A stretch of 64,000 nt of DNA from Nitrospirota bacterium (GTDB lineage Bacteria; Nitrospirota; UBA9217), in contig CAVUHW010000026.1 in NCBI GenBank assembly GCA_963741205.1, forward strand, positions 224,001 through 288,000. Direction: 5' to 3'. The position numbers and the translations under genes are program-made. Numbering within the stretch: position 1 is the stretch's first letter; every line of letters begins with the position of its first letter. The notes under the pieces are model-generated. The model did not search any database and was not told the origin of the DNA. It saw only the letters and a list, made by a program, of their open reading frames with translations. Below, one piece after another: positions 42,937 to 53,895 of the stretch.

Positions 42937-42977
42937 TGTAGTGGCCTCCTTTAAATTCGGAATACTGCCATGGTTAA

Positions 42978-42995
42978 TAGCAACTGTGATGCCAA
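42978..42995 (-). promoter_or_regulatory. sigma54 (-24/-12) promoter of the TSUP operon
   Basis: Minus strand reads TTGGCAT-CACAG-TTGCTA, near consensus, about 40 bp upstream of the ATG. Confidence 0.8.
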
Positions 42996-43047
42996 TGCAT
43001 AACATGTTGTAATTACGAGGGAATATGCGTGGAGGCTTTTTTATCGC

Positions 43048-43217
43048 CGTTTCATATTTGAACGCACGTGAAACACTGCAGGATAGACGAGTAGGGAGAA
43101 CAGGTGGTGAAAAGAGGCGGAAGGCCTTTGTTTGCAGGCTTAAACTCTGTGATAAAAAAACCGGCCTGACACGGGAAGGGAATTTTCACCCGTCATTTCG
43201 TGTTTCAATATGGAACA
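43048..43217. promoter_or_regulatory. Two putative enhancer (UAS) sites GTTTCA-N5-GAAC
   Basis: CGTTTCATATTTGAACG (43048..43064) and TGTTTCAATATGGAACA (43201..43217) lie upstream of the sigma54 promoter. Confidence 0.45.
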
Positions 43218-43318
43218 GGAAACTGCTTTGCAATTGTAAAATTATCTGGTAGGATGGAAAAACGATCTTGACGCGGATACAAAGAGGACTAAAGAAGGCT
43301 TAATTTTGAGAGGAAACC

Positions 43319-43929
43319 ATGGCGGAAGCGAACAACCCCGGTGAAGACAAAGCATGGGAGGTCCTTGCATCGATGAGTCCCGACGCAGTCTGCAGAGCGG
43401 CGGCTGTGGCTTATGATGCCGGGACGAAAACTTACCTGATAAAGTCCTTCGGCATGGATTTCAGCGTTTCTCCGCGAACAAAGACCATATCGAGCACTGC
43501 TGCGGGAAGCCCGGTCCTGCTCCAGAGGCTCGGCTATTTTTCCCGGCTCTCGGTACTCTGGTATCTCGTAAGCGTCAAGGACATTGCCTGCACAGGCAGG
43601 CCCGTCAAGCTTGAAAATATTCCCGGCGGAGATATCTTCACGAAGGGATCGCACGTCCTGCCGCTCGACCAGGTGGCCCGGAAATACGGCAAGGACAAGG
43701 CGGGATTTATCGAAAAAGCAAACCGCCTCGGCGGAGAGATCGTGCGGGGGGAGATGCTTCGATCCGGCTTTTACCGCTGCCGCGGATACCGGTCGTCCTG
43801 ACGCTCTGGCTGGAGGATGAGGAGTTCCCTCCGCGAGCAGACCTTTTTTTTGATTCCACCTGCAGCATGCAGATGCCCACGGACATGCTCTGGTCCGTCG
43901 CGATGATGAGCATCCTGATCATGCTGTGA
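43319..43929 (+). CDS. DUF3786-family protein, frameshift near 43750
   Basis: LWYL...IPGG.IF..G; the next frame gives LP.IPV.L.LW.EDEEFP.RA.LFFD. Confidence 0.7.
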
Positions 43930-44035
43930 AATCATACTGTTAGCTTGGAGGTTGGGCAAAAGCATCTTTGCACCGCGACTTTTCGCGGCAGTTTGGTACT
44001 CAAGCAGCCATCTCAATAACGGTCTGACCTGCCGA

Positions 44036-44401
44036 CTACCGCGATATTCTCAGCCTGCCGGACTGGAATACACAAAACTTTCCGGATAACTTGTCCTCGT
44101 GGTCACGCAGGATGGTTTTAACCGCTTCAACTTTTTCGCTACCGTTCGCGTCTTCAAGCCTGAGGATTAAAACACCGGAATGTGATTTCCCGGATTTAAA
44201 CACCAAGCTCGCCGAAAATCCTTATCCGATGATCACAACCATGCGCGACTCGGAAACGGCCATTTTCAGAATTATTCCGTCCGCCGCCTTCGGATCGCTA
44301 TCGCGCACAGCCTTCATGTCATAGCCGTTGTCCTTGAGCCATTGCTCAACTTTTTTGCCGACACCGACATCGATGAGAAATTTCAGTTTGTGTCGCGGCA
44401 T
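44036..44401 (-). CDS. DUF5615 PIN-like protein, reading frame disrupted near 44220 (not in ORF track)
   Basis: Translates as LKFLIDVGVG...GYDMKAV...D..ILKMA..E.RMV.. (DKDFGEL out of frame) ..HSGVLILRL. Confidence 0.65.
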
Positions 44402-44472
44402 GGCGTTATCACCTCATCGCCGCATTATTTCGTAATGCTCCAGATGCGTCCTTTGCGCGCTTTACGGAGTCG

Positions 44473-44772
44473 TCACAATTTGAGCAAAACTTTGAAAAAC
44501 CGGTTCATGATAAGGCCGGCCGCGGCTCCCATCAACGCGCCGAACCCCGCAAGGAAAGCCATCACGACTACCAGGACGAGCGTGACGGCGAAATAATTCT
44601 GGCCGCAGCTCTGGCCGAACATTCTGGTCACATCCTTTGCCGCTGCATCGTGCCAGGTCCCCTGGAAGGTATCGGAGAAAAACAGGTCCATGGACAGGGC
44701 GATGCCCAGCGTAACAAGCGCGCCGAGAACCGCGCCGATGAGGACGGCCTTCTTAAGTCCCTTGTCGCTCAT
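44473..44772 (-). CDS. Small two-TM hypothetical protein
   Basis: Two hydrophobic helices with a GTW.DA loop. Confidence 0.6.
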   Translation of the reverse strand: MSDKGLKKAVLIGAVLGALVTLGIALSMDLFFSDTFQGTWHDAAAKDVTRMFGQSCGQNYFAVTLVLVVVMAFLAGFGALMGAAAGLIMNRFFKVLLKL

Positions 44773-44900
44773 GGATCACCCCATGATCATTTCGGATTGC
44801 AGAATTTGACAGGATTCGGGCGAGTTGTTGCGGCTGCGCATCGCGAGTTGCAGTTCAAAACGCCATAACTCCGCATTCCCCCAACTCCGCATTCCGCAAT

Positions 44901-45555
44901 TTATTTTAAAATCTCCCCCGTCTTGCGCGACCAGAGGAGCAGGTCCAGATGGTCCATGTCGATACCGATCTCTTCAGCAAACCGCTCGAGTTTTTTCTCT
45001 ATGGCGAGATAGCTCGCCCGGCCCGTCGGACGCGCCTTTTTGCCGATCACGCCCAGTTCCCGGAGACTGTTCACGATGTGCTTGTCCAGGATTGCGTAAC
45101 CCGGAAACCCTATATTCCGGAGAAAATGGCTCGCCTCCTTGTACCCCAGCCCCTTGATTGATTTGTTTTGCGCGAAATAGTCGCGACGGGCGTCCCGGCT
45201 TTCAAAGGACGCGAGAAGCTCGCGGAGCTTCATCCCGCAGGCCTTGTTGAGGTATTCACGCGTCTGGACGATGTACGACGGCCGCAGACGCCAGAACCGG
45301 ACACGGTGCGCCTCGGCGCGACTCTGCAGCTCTAATTCGCCGCCCGTGTGAAGGAGATCCTTCAACGCCGCCACCGTGCGCATGCCCATCTTGGCGCTGC
45401 TGCCCGCGGTCAGGATGCAGTAACAGAGCTCCTCGAAGATTGCACGGTCGCCTTTTTCGTAGACCCCCCTGAATTCGGCGAGGCGTTTGACGATGACCGG
45501 CTTTTTTGCGCGATAATCTTTTTTCAGCTCACGCGGTGAATTCTTTTCCAGGCAT
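44901..45555 (-). CDS. ogg: 8-oxoguanine DNA glycosylase/AP lyase (OGG2 type); 5' end frameshifted
   Basis: FEELCYCILT, VRFW, IKGLGYKEASHFLRNIG, AILDKH and LDLLLW...TGEILK motifs. Confidence 0.88.
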
Positions 45556-45901
45556 GGTAACCGCCCTTAAGATTGTAAAGGTTCTTGTAGCCCATCCCCA
45601 TCAACCGCTTGATGGCCCAGATGCTCCGGCTGCCGTTCTGACAGAAGACGACGAGTTCCTTGTCCTTCTTGAGCTTCTTGATCTTTTCGCCGATGTCCGA
45701 AAAGGGGATATGGATCGCGCCCGGGATATGGCCTTGCTCGTACTCCTTATCGGTGCGGACATCGAGGATCATGATCCCTTTCTTCTGGTCGAGTTCCTTC
45801 GGGGAAATCTGCTTAATCCCCAGCCGGCTCAGGTAGCCGAAAAACTTGATGATGAGGTAGAGCGCTGCGATGACGATCAGTACCGTTGATGCGGTATCCA
45901 A
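45524..45901 (-). CDS. Membrane-anchored rhodanese-domain protein
   Basis: LDVRT..EY..GHIPGA, FCQNGSRS and LKGG..AW motifs. Confidence 0.9.
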   Translation of the reverse strand: MDTASTVLIVIAALYLIIKFFGYLSRLGIKQISPKELDQKKGIMILDVRTDKEYEQGHIPGAIHIPFSDIGEKIKKLKKDKELVVFCQNGSRSIWAIKRLMGMGYKNLYNLKGGYHAWKRIHRVS

Positions 45902-45956
45902 AATGCCTCCTTAAATGATTGACAGTCTCAAAATAATAACGACAGAACAATTAAGA

Positions 45957-46051
45957 TGTCATTCCCCCTGCTTTAATCATGCTGGGGATCTGAGCGGGAA
46001 TCCATTTTTGTCATTAAACAATGGATCCCCGAGAGGCATTCGGGGATGACA
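45957..46051. repeat. GTCATTCCC-type palindromic element
   Basis: TGTCATTCCC...GGGAATCCAT...ATGGATCCCCG...CGGGGATGACA. Confidence 0.65.
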
Positions 46052-46079
46052 AACTCGTTTGGATTCGATGTACTCCAAC

Positions 46080-48262
46080 CTATAAACTCCGAACTTCCGT
46101 CGACGCTGTCGGCAGCTCGATGATGAACCGGGCGCCCTGGGGCGCGTTTTGCTCGACGCGTATCGATCCACTGTGGTCCTTGATGATCCTCTGCACGATG
46201 GCCAGACCCAGGCCGCTTTTCTTCTTCTTTCTTGAAAAATCGGGCTCGAACAGTTTCGGCACGTCCTCGTCCGCGATGCCGCACCCCTCGTCGGCTATGT
46301 CGATCTGCGCCCTGCCGGGTCCGGACATTTCCGCCGTCAGCCATATCCTGCCCTTTCCGCTCATTGCCTCGACGGCGTTCTCGAAGAGGTTGATGAAGAC
46401 CCGTTTCATCTGCTCGCGGTCGAGCAGCACGTCGGGCATGCCCGGCGCGATTTCCTTGATGACGGTGATATCCTTATGCGCCCCGCTGTAAAGCTGCGCC
46501 ACGCCTTCCAGAACCGGCGCAGCGGCTGTGGTGTCGGATTCGAGCTGGGCATCCGGGCGAAATTCGCGAATTCATCGACCAGCTTCCGCAGGCCGTCCGC
46601 CTCCTGTACGATCGTCCGGCTGCACTCCTCGAACACCGCATCGAAATCGGGGGCGCCCTCGGCGTGTTTTTTCCGAAGGCGTTCGGCCGAAAGCTTGATC
46701 GGCGTCAGGGGATTCTTGAACTCGTGGGCTATCCGGCGGGCGACGTCCTGCCAGGTCTCGGCCTTTTTCGCGCGCAGCAGCTCCGTCATGTCGTCGAAGG
46801 TGATGACGGACCCGATGGGGGTGCCGCCGCCGTCCCTGAGCGCGGTGATGCGCATCCGGAGCGTCAGCATGCGTCCGCGGACATTGAGCGACAATTCCTC
46901 CTCGGCCCGGCCTTTGCCCTCTTCAAGCTTGCGGAAGAGGCTGCGGATCGGGTCCAGCTCGATGAACCCGAAGGCCGCGTCATACCTCTTGCCGAGCACG
47001 TCCTTTTCCTGGATGTCGAGGATCTCCGACGCCGACTGGTTGACGGTCGTGATCCTGCGCCGACCGGTCGATGGACACGACGCCCGTATCGATGTTCGAC
47101 AGGATCGTCTTCTTGTAGTTGATTTCCTGTTCGAGCTGCTCACGGGAGTTCTTGAGCTCCCGCGTCATCACGTTGAAGGAATCGACGAGGACGCCGACCT
47201 CGTCGCCGGACTTCTCGTCGATCTGGTAATCGAATTTTCCCGCGGCCACGGCCGCGGTTCCCTCCGCCAGCTTCCTGATCGGCACGGTGATGCCGGCGGC
47301 GACCCGGAGCGCCACCCAAATGGCTGACAAGAGGAGCGCCAGAGTCACGGCAAGAAATCCGAGCCGGTAGGCAAGCTTGATCGGCTCCTTCTGCTTGAAC
47401 GCTGAACGGTATTGCGAATAGCCTGCGCGGATTTCGTCGGCCTTCGCGGCCAGGTTCGGGGGGATATAATAACTCACGGCGATTGCCGCCGCCACCTTTT
47501 TCCCCTCCTGGGTTTCAGGGAGCGGGACAACCACCCGCATGACATCCGCCTTTTTCGCTGTACCCGACAGATCAGCCGAGTCCAGCGACGGCAAAAGCCC
47601 GCGCAACCAGAGTCCGTCGACGTCTGGGTAAAGGTCTCCGGTGGATACTGATTGGTGACGATGACCACCGTGCGCTTGCGCGGGGAGGTAAAGAGCTCGA
47701 TCGAACCCAGGCCGTACTCCTCCGCTTTTTTGGCCAGATACTCCTTGATCACCTCATTCTCGAACCGGGACAAAAGCCGCCCCTCGACCATCTGTTTGCT
47801 GATCTGCCTGCCGAAGATCAGGGCGTCCTTCTGGAGCCGGTCGTAATATTCCTGGGTGAGCGAAACGGAGTCCTTTAATGAATTTTCGATACGCAGACTG
47901 AACAGCCGCTCGATACTGCTGGTAAACATGCCGCTCCCGATGATGAAAAGGAGGATGGGGGGGATGAACGAAAGGCTGACAAAGGCAAAAACAAGTTTCG
48001 TCCTGAACCGGGCGCCGAGCACGCCGTGTTTTCGCTCAACCGAGAGTTTCCACAGGCTCTTGGCGATCATGAAGACGACGGCCGCAAGGAGCAGGAAGTT
48101 CGCGTTGATGAGAAGGATAATAAGGAGGTTGTCCGAAAGCGGACCTCCGAAACCCCGGTACTTGAGCTGGAGTATGATCGCGACAGCCGTCAGGACCAAA
48201 AAACCGAAGAGGTATATTACGCCTCTCCATCCTGCTTGGCCTTCCTTAGCGTTGGTCACCAT
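46080..48262 (-). CDS. NtrY-like PAS/HAMP sensor histidine kinase, indels
   Basis: GARFRTKLV..F; HAMP; PAS; WQDVARRIAHEFKNPLTPI.LSAERL; GLGLAIV. Confidence 0.88.
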
Positions 48263-48418
48263 GATATTCGCAGAATACCAAAAACCCCCTGCAAAAGCAA
48301 TACCTGGTTTAGGCTCATCCTGATTTATTCTCTTGACAAACAAGAGGTTTCTCGTATATCTTAGGAAAAAATGGCCCTCGCTGCTCCTCAAAGAGGAAGA
48401 ATAAATCAGGAGGCAGGA

Positions 48419-49673
48419 ATGACCACAAAGCCGAACGCCGTTATCCAGGCAGCATGCATTTCTCTGCTCCTCACGCTCCTTCCGGGGACCGCTGTTCCCC
48501 AGGAGCCGAAGGAGGCTGCAGGGGGATCGGCGCAGCTGAAGTCGGAAGCATCCATGACCCCTTCCGCAGGGGTTGGTGAGCCGCAGGCGACAGCAGCGAA
48601 GCAGGAAGGGGCGCCTACCCCCGCTGCGGAACCCCTTGCTCCCGAAGCCGAGAAAGCATCCGAGTACACCATCAAGCCGGGCGATACGCTCTGGGATATT
48701 GCGAACACCTTGTTCAAGGACCCGTTCCTGTGGCCCTTCATCTGGAAGGCAAACCCATCCATAACCAACCCCGACCTGATCTACGCCGGAAATAAACTGA
48801 CCGTACCAAGCCTCGCGCCTATCGAGCGGGCCATGCAGGCCCCTGCCGGACCCTCCCCGGTCGCGGAGGCAGTCCCAGCTCCGGCACCCGAGCCGAAACC
48901 GCAGGAGGGAATCTCCGCAGCCCGGCCGCTCCAACCCAAGCCGCCCGTCCCTACTCAAGAAGAGGCGCTGACCGGGGGCGAAAAGATCATAGTGCCCGAA
49001 GAAGAGGCGCAGCCGGTCACCGACAAATACTCCTTCCTCAGTGCGGGCTTCGTGAATGACGCGGAGAGCACCGGCACGATCGTTGGCCCGAAAGAGCACG
49101 TGAAAGACGATCATGGGATATGATGACGTCGTCTATGCCAGGTTCAATTCCAACGACAACGTGAATATCGGCGATAAATTTCTCATCTATGCGCCTCTTC
49201 AGTCAGTGAAGCACCCCCAGACCGGCAAGCCTTACGGACGGCTTATCCGCGGCCTGGGCATTCTCCAGATCACGGCCAAGGACCCCGCGGCCGACGTGGT
49301 CACGGCGCGAATCACGCTTTCCTTCGATGCCATTGAAGGGGGAAGCCTGCTGACGCCTTACCAGGAGCCGGTGCTCGTTTATCAGTCCCCGGAAAAGAAG
49401 GCTAAGGACATCTCGGGGTATATCCTGGAGGTGACCGACCACCGCACCATCAACGGCCAAATGGACATCGTGTACCTGGACAAGGGGAGTGCTGACGGCG
49501 TTGATCCCGGGGATAAATTCGTCGTCTACGCGGAACCCGTACAAAAGGGTTACCCGAGGGAAATGGTCGGCGAGGTACAGGTGTTTCTGGTGAAGGAACG
49601 CACTTCAACGGCCGTGGTGAGAAAAAGTTTGTATGCCCTGTCGAAGGGACAGCCGGTGGATTTCAAGAAATAG
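48419..49673 (+). CDS. Secreted LysM peptidoglycan-binding protein (TsaP-like), frameshift near 49105
   Basis: Signal peptide; YTIKPGDTLWDIA...DPFLWP.IW.ANP.I.NPDLIY.G; VYLDKG..DGV..G. Confidence 0.82.
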
Positions 49674-49788
49674 AAGAAAGATGACTGTTGCGGGTCTGCA
49701 GCGCTGGTATCGAGGTGCTGGGTACAAATCCTGCACGCACATAACTCGCAACTCGCAGTCCACGTCAACTCGCAATCGCATTTCACCG

Positions 49789-50322
49789 CTACTTCATAAA
49801 CAGAAAGAACCCGTTAAAGAAGTACACGAGGCCAGCGCAGCCGGCGGCCATGCCGAGGAACCAGAAGTACTTCTGCTTCATCAGGGCCGCGATGGATGAA
49901 AGCAGGATCGCGATCTGGAGGAACATGGCGGCCATGCCGAACGCTCCGGAATGTTTCTGAGCATCATCGCGCCTTGCTTCGAGCTCTTCGGCCTTTTTCT
50001 TGATGTCCTCCTTTTCCTTTTCGTATCGTTCGATCTTCTCCTTGTATGCCGCGATCCGCTTCTCGTAATCCGCGACCAGCGCCTGGGACGGCCTCATCGC
50101 CTTCAGGTCCATCTCGAACTTCTCTTTCTGAAGATCATAGACATACCCCTTGATGCTCTTCGACTGGAAAAAGGCCCACTGGTCCGAGGCCTGCGACTGG
50201 GACATCACCGCCTTGGATCCATATCCTCCGCCCTTCAGCGTTGAGAGTGTTGCGCACACGGCGAAGACCACCGTCGTCAGCGCCAGATAGTTGAGCCATG
50301 GTTCTTTTTTTTCGTCCGCCAT
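49789..50322 (-). CDS. DUF4337-family membrane protein
   Basis: ASDQWAFFQSKSIK and LQIAILLSSI motifs. Confidence 0.8.
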   Translation of the reverse strand: MADEKKEPWLNYLALTTVVFAVCATLSTLKGGGYGSKAVMSQSQASDQWAFFQSKSIKGYVYDLQKEKFEMDLKAMRPSQALVADYEKRIAAYKEKIERYEKEKEDIKKKAEELEARRDDAQKHSGAFGMAAMFLQIAILLSSIAALMKQKYFWFLGMAAGCAGLVYFFNGFFLFMK

Positions 50323-50576
50323 TATAGTCCTCCGCAAATATCAATGATGTTATGCGGCCACATACTACCCAAATCGGCTTCGTTAGTCAAGACCGTCCTC
50401 AAGCCCGGGTGTGGCAGGCGAGCGAAGTATATGCTACTATATTTAGAAGATATATCTTCAGATCCGTCATTCCCGAGATGTAAATCAACTATCCTTCTCC
50501 GAACGAATCTATCGGAGATAGAATTATTCGGCCGGAATGCACAAACACGGTTTTTCGTATGATGGGGGAACGACGC

Positions 50577-51665
50577 ATGATCATCGGAGTGCCCAGGGAA
50601 ATCAAGACGGAAGAGTTTCGTGTAGGACTGACCCCTGTCGGAGCAAGGGAACTCGTTGAAAGCGGCCATGCGGTTGTGGTGGAGACGGGCGCGGGTGAGG
50701 GCAGCGGTTTTACCGACGACGAATACAGGAGGGCCGGCGCTGAAGTCGCGGCCCGGGAACCGGTCTTCAGCCGGGCGGATCTGATCGTCAAGGTGAAGGA
50801 GCCCATTCCACCGGAGTACCGTCTCCTGCGCGAAGGCGCGGCGATCTTCACCTATCTCCATCTGGCGCCCAACCCGGAGCTGACGAAGCTCTTGCTCACA
50901 AAGAAGGTCACCGGCCTTGCCTATGAGACCCTTGAACAGGGCGGGAAACTTCCGCTGCTTGCCCCCATGAGTGAGATAGCCGGCAGGATGGCTCCGCTGA
51001 TGGCCGCCTTCTATCTCCAGAAGTTCAAGGGGGGCTCGGGCGTCCTTCCCACCGGCGTCTCCGGGGTCCGCCCGGGAAAGATCGTGATACTCGGCGCAGG
51101 GGTCGTCGGCGCTAACGCGGCCCGCGTCGGCATCGGCCTCGGAATGGAAACCGTCGTGATCAACAAAGACACGGCCGGACTCACGCGGATCGACGAGCTT
51201 TTCAAAGGCCGGGCCCGGACCCTGCCCATGTCGGTCCACGCCCTGGAGGAAGAGATCATCGACGCGGACATCGTAATAGGCGCCGTGCTGGTCCCCGGCG
51301 GCAGGACGCCGGTGCTGATAACGCGGCGGATGCTCGCGACCATGAAAAAGGGTTCCGTTATCGTGGATGTGTCCGTGGACCAGGGCGGATGCATCGCAAC
51401 CTCACACCCTACCACGCATGACGACCCTGTATTCGTGGTGGACGGTATCGTTCACTACTGCGTGGCCAACATGCCGGGTGCATATCCAAGGACATCTACC
51501 CTCGCGCTCACAAACGCGACGCTGCCCTTCATCAGAATCATTGCGGAAATCGGCATTGAAAAGGCCGTGCAAGAGGACCCGGTTATCATGAGCGCGTTAA
51601 ATACCTATCACGGAAAGATTGTAAACAAGGCGCTGGCGGAGTCGCTGGAGTCTTCGGCGCCTTGA
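50577..51665 (+). CDS. ald: Alanine dehydrogenase
   Basis: IGVPREIK, KVKEP, FTYLHLA, PLLAPMSEIAGR, DQGGC and YCVANMPGA motifs. Confidence 0.96.
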   Translation: MIIGVPREIKTEEFRVGLTPVGARELVESGHAVVVETGAGEGSGFTDDEYRRAGAEVAAREPVFSRADLIVKVKEPIPPEYRLLREGAAIFTYLHLAPNPELTKLLLTKKVTGLAYETLEQGGKLPLLAPMSEIAGRMAPLMAAFYLQKFKGGSGVLPTGVSGVRPGKIVILGAGVVGANAARVGIGLGMETVVINKDTAGLTRIDELFKGRARTLPMSVHALEEEIIDADIVIGAVLVPGGRTPVLITRRMLATMKKGSVIVDVSVDQGGCIATSHPTTHDDPVFVVDGIVHYCVANMPGAYPRTSTLALTNATLPFIRIIAEIGIEKAVQEDPVIMSALNTYHGKIVNKALAESLESSAP

Positions 51666-51790
51666 TGACCGCTCGGCTGAATCATTGGAGAGAAGGCAGG
51701 CAAGACGCAGGAGAGTATTAATAAATTGAGAGCACTTAACTGTATGAGAAATCAAACAGCAAGACCCTTCCGGAACCAGTGGGGGCAATC

Positions 51791-52124
51791 ATGATTAATC
51801 GCTCTGCTTTAATTATTCGGGCAAAGCCGCCATTTCTAGCGTGGATCAAGTCACTGCCCGATCCCGCTGATGCTAACTCTGGAGGAGGTTAACCAGGATA
51901 ACACGGTCTATCTTTTATCGGACTCCTCATATTACGATGATCAGGACGATATCTTAGGACAATTCTATAACCTGATTTTTGAAGATCAGCTAAGCGGATG
52001 GTGGACGGACGTGGCCGATTGGCCGCCAAATCGAGATCTTGCTGTATTTAAGGAATGGTTCGGTGTGGAATTTCACTCATCAGTGCTCGATCTCGTCGAT
52101 GCCCCCCTGGAAGATGATGAGTAA
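51791..52124 (+). CDS. Conserved acidic hypothetical protein, frameshift near 51870
   Basis: MINRSALIIRAKPPFLAWI... joins to IFEDQLSGWWTD...WP...F.EWF.VEFHS.V.DL. Confidence 0.6.
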
Positions 52125-52399
52125 TCGTAACAAACATTTTAATCAAAATGTAGTCTTTGATACCTTCCTCAAGCTGGTTGAAGTTTCCGTCCTTTGAAAC
52201 TCCTGGAGTTACGACCTCTGTTCGTTATCATATCTATCCATAAGACCCAATCACAAACTCAGTGATAGAAAAAGTATTTAGGCAATAATCAACCTTGCCA
52301 GCCGAAGCGTTTTGCATCTCCATGAAAATAAACCTTCGCTTCTCACTTCTGCAAAAATTTGTCATTATCTGTTTCCAGCAAATTCAGCACTGTTACCTT

Positions 52400-52416
52400 T
52401 TGGCACGCGTCCTGCA
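52400..52416 (+). promoter_or_regulatory. sigma54 promoter of the Gly-rich membrane protein pair
   Basis: TTGGCAC-GCGTC-CTGCA, 40 bp upstream of the ATG at 52457. Confidence 0.7.
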
Positions 52417-52456
52417 ATAACCCAGGCAAGACTGAACGAAAAAGGGGGACACGAAA

Positions 52457-52771
52457 ATGAAGACCACAATGACAAAACAGGGTGCTTACATCGGCGCGGG
52501 AGCGGGACTGGTAGTATTCGCGCTGTTCGGACTTTTACCCGGCAGCCTCCTTGGAGGCGCGGCAGGCATCAGCTTCGCGGGGATGTTCTTAGGGCTTCCG
52601 CTTCACCCGGGGCTGATATCCAGGGCGATCGTGCTTGCCGGCATGCTCGTGGGCGTCCTCGTTTCCGGCATCGCGATCGTAACGGCGTCATCCACCATCG
52701 GCTGGCTTGCAGGCGCCGTGGTTGGGTCAACTGTACAGGAAAAAAATATGGCTTCGGCCGAAAGGAGATAA
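52457..52771 (+). CDS. Small Gly-rich membrane protein (paralog 1)
   Basis: GAYIGAGAGLVVFALFGLLPGSLLGG; AGGGGG RBS. Confidence 0.75.
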   Translation: MKTTMTKQGAYIGAGAGLVVFALFGLLPGSLLGGAAGISFAGMFLGLPLHPGLISRAIVLAGMLVGVLVSGIAIVTASSTIGWLAGAVVGSTVQEKNMASAERR

Positions 52772-52773
52772 TC

Positions 52774-53088
52774 ATGAAGAACGAAACAGTCAAGACGGGA
52801 ATGAAGATAGGAGCAACAGTGGGAGGGCTGGTATTTCTGGTGTTCGGCATCATGCCGGGGTTCTACTTCGGGTCTTTCGGGACGTTGATCCTGCTTCAGA
52901 AACTGATGGGCGGCACCGTTGAGCCGACACTCATCGCACGGGCACTGATCGTCATGGGCATCATGGTCGGGATCACCTGCGCGGCTGCGGTATGCCTCGT
53001 GGTCGGCGGCCTCCTCGGTACGGCTATGGGCTTTATCGTGTCAGTGCCTTCGGCAATACGGGCGAAACAGGCGGCGGAAAAAGCTTAA
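52774..53088 (+). CDS. Small Gly-rich membrane protein (paralog 2)
   Basis: GMKIGATVGGLVFLVFGIMPGFYFGS; AAGGAG RBS; aligns by eye with paralog 1. Confidence 0.75.
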   Translation: MKNETVKTGMKIGATVGGLVFLVFGIMPGFYFGSFGTLILLQKLMGGTVEPTLIARALIVMGIMVGITCAAAVCLVVGGLLGTAMGFIVSVPSAIRAKQAAEKA

Positions 53089-53178
53089 CACATCCGGAGG
53101 CGCGTGTGACGCGCCGGTCCAACGTAATCTTGGTAGAGATTTGGATTACGCTTCGGAATAATCGTTGGAGGGTCGGCA

Positions 53179-53616
53179 ATGCCAATCGATATTAGAGTTC
53201 TGCATGACGGCGTGGGTATACGGTATGTCTGCCATGGAACAGTGAGAGGTAAAGACTTCATAGATGCCAACAGACGACTTCTCCATTTTAAAAAGCTTTT
53301 AATACGGGCGAGATATGGGATCGTAGATGAGACGGCAAGTGTCGACATTCAAATGTCCGAGTCAGAAATGCTGACGATAGTTGCGCAGAATAAAAAGATA
53401 GCCGGTCTCGTTTCACCTGGGGCCGTTGTCGCTGTAATAGCCAAGGGTGATTACGCTTTTGATCTTGCTCATATCTGGGAATCATTCATTGAGCATACAG
53501 GTTGGGAAACCATGACATTTAGAACCAAGTGGCAGGCAGAAAGTTGGATCAAAGAAAAGGTAAAAGCTGATTGTGGAATCGATTTAAACTTTCAATTATC
53601 AGAACAAAAGATGTAG
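53179..53616 (+). CDS. Hypothetical protein (SpoIIAA/STAS-like alpha/beta pattern)
   Basis: G.V...DF...IVD...VAVIA...F....AESWI pattern. Confidence 0.5.
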   Translation: MPIDIRVLHDGVGIRYVCHGTVRGKDFIDANRRLLHFKKLLIRARYGIVDETASVDIQMSESEMLTIVAQNKKIAGLVSPGAVVAVIAKGDYAFDLAHIWESFIEHTGWETMTFRTKWQAESWIKEKVKADCGIDLNFQLSEQKM

Positions 53617-53895
53617 ATGGGCGGTCAAAGAACACCATCTTTCCGTTACCGTTAAGGCTTCCGTTCTTTGAAACACATAAACTTTCAACCCGCATACGAT
53701 AACGCCCAGCCGCAAAATGACCAATCGGTTATTGACAATCCATGGCATCAAGCATATATTCGTCCAAGATACCGTGAGTATTTTCGAATGTTCACTGCTA
53801 AACTCGGGAACAGTTCAAGTCCGATGATATTGTATACATAGACCATTCCTAATAAATATAAGGTTCAATAATAACATAATGTTCGACGAGGTGTA

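Noticed and set aside
47474-49114. 546 aa minus-strand ORF as a single long protein
   Set aside because: Only the part from 48262 downward is the NtrY-like kinase; the upstream part is antisense to the LysM gene.
53620-53895. Possible c-di-GMP riboswitch upstream of the GGDEF-EAL gene
   Set aside because: No GEMM-type conserved motifs or convincing stems could be identified by eye.
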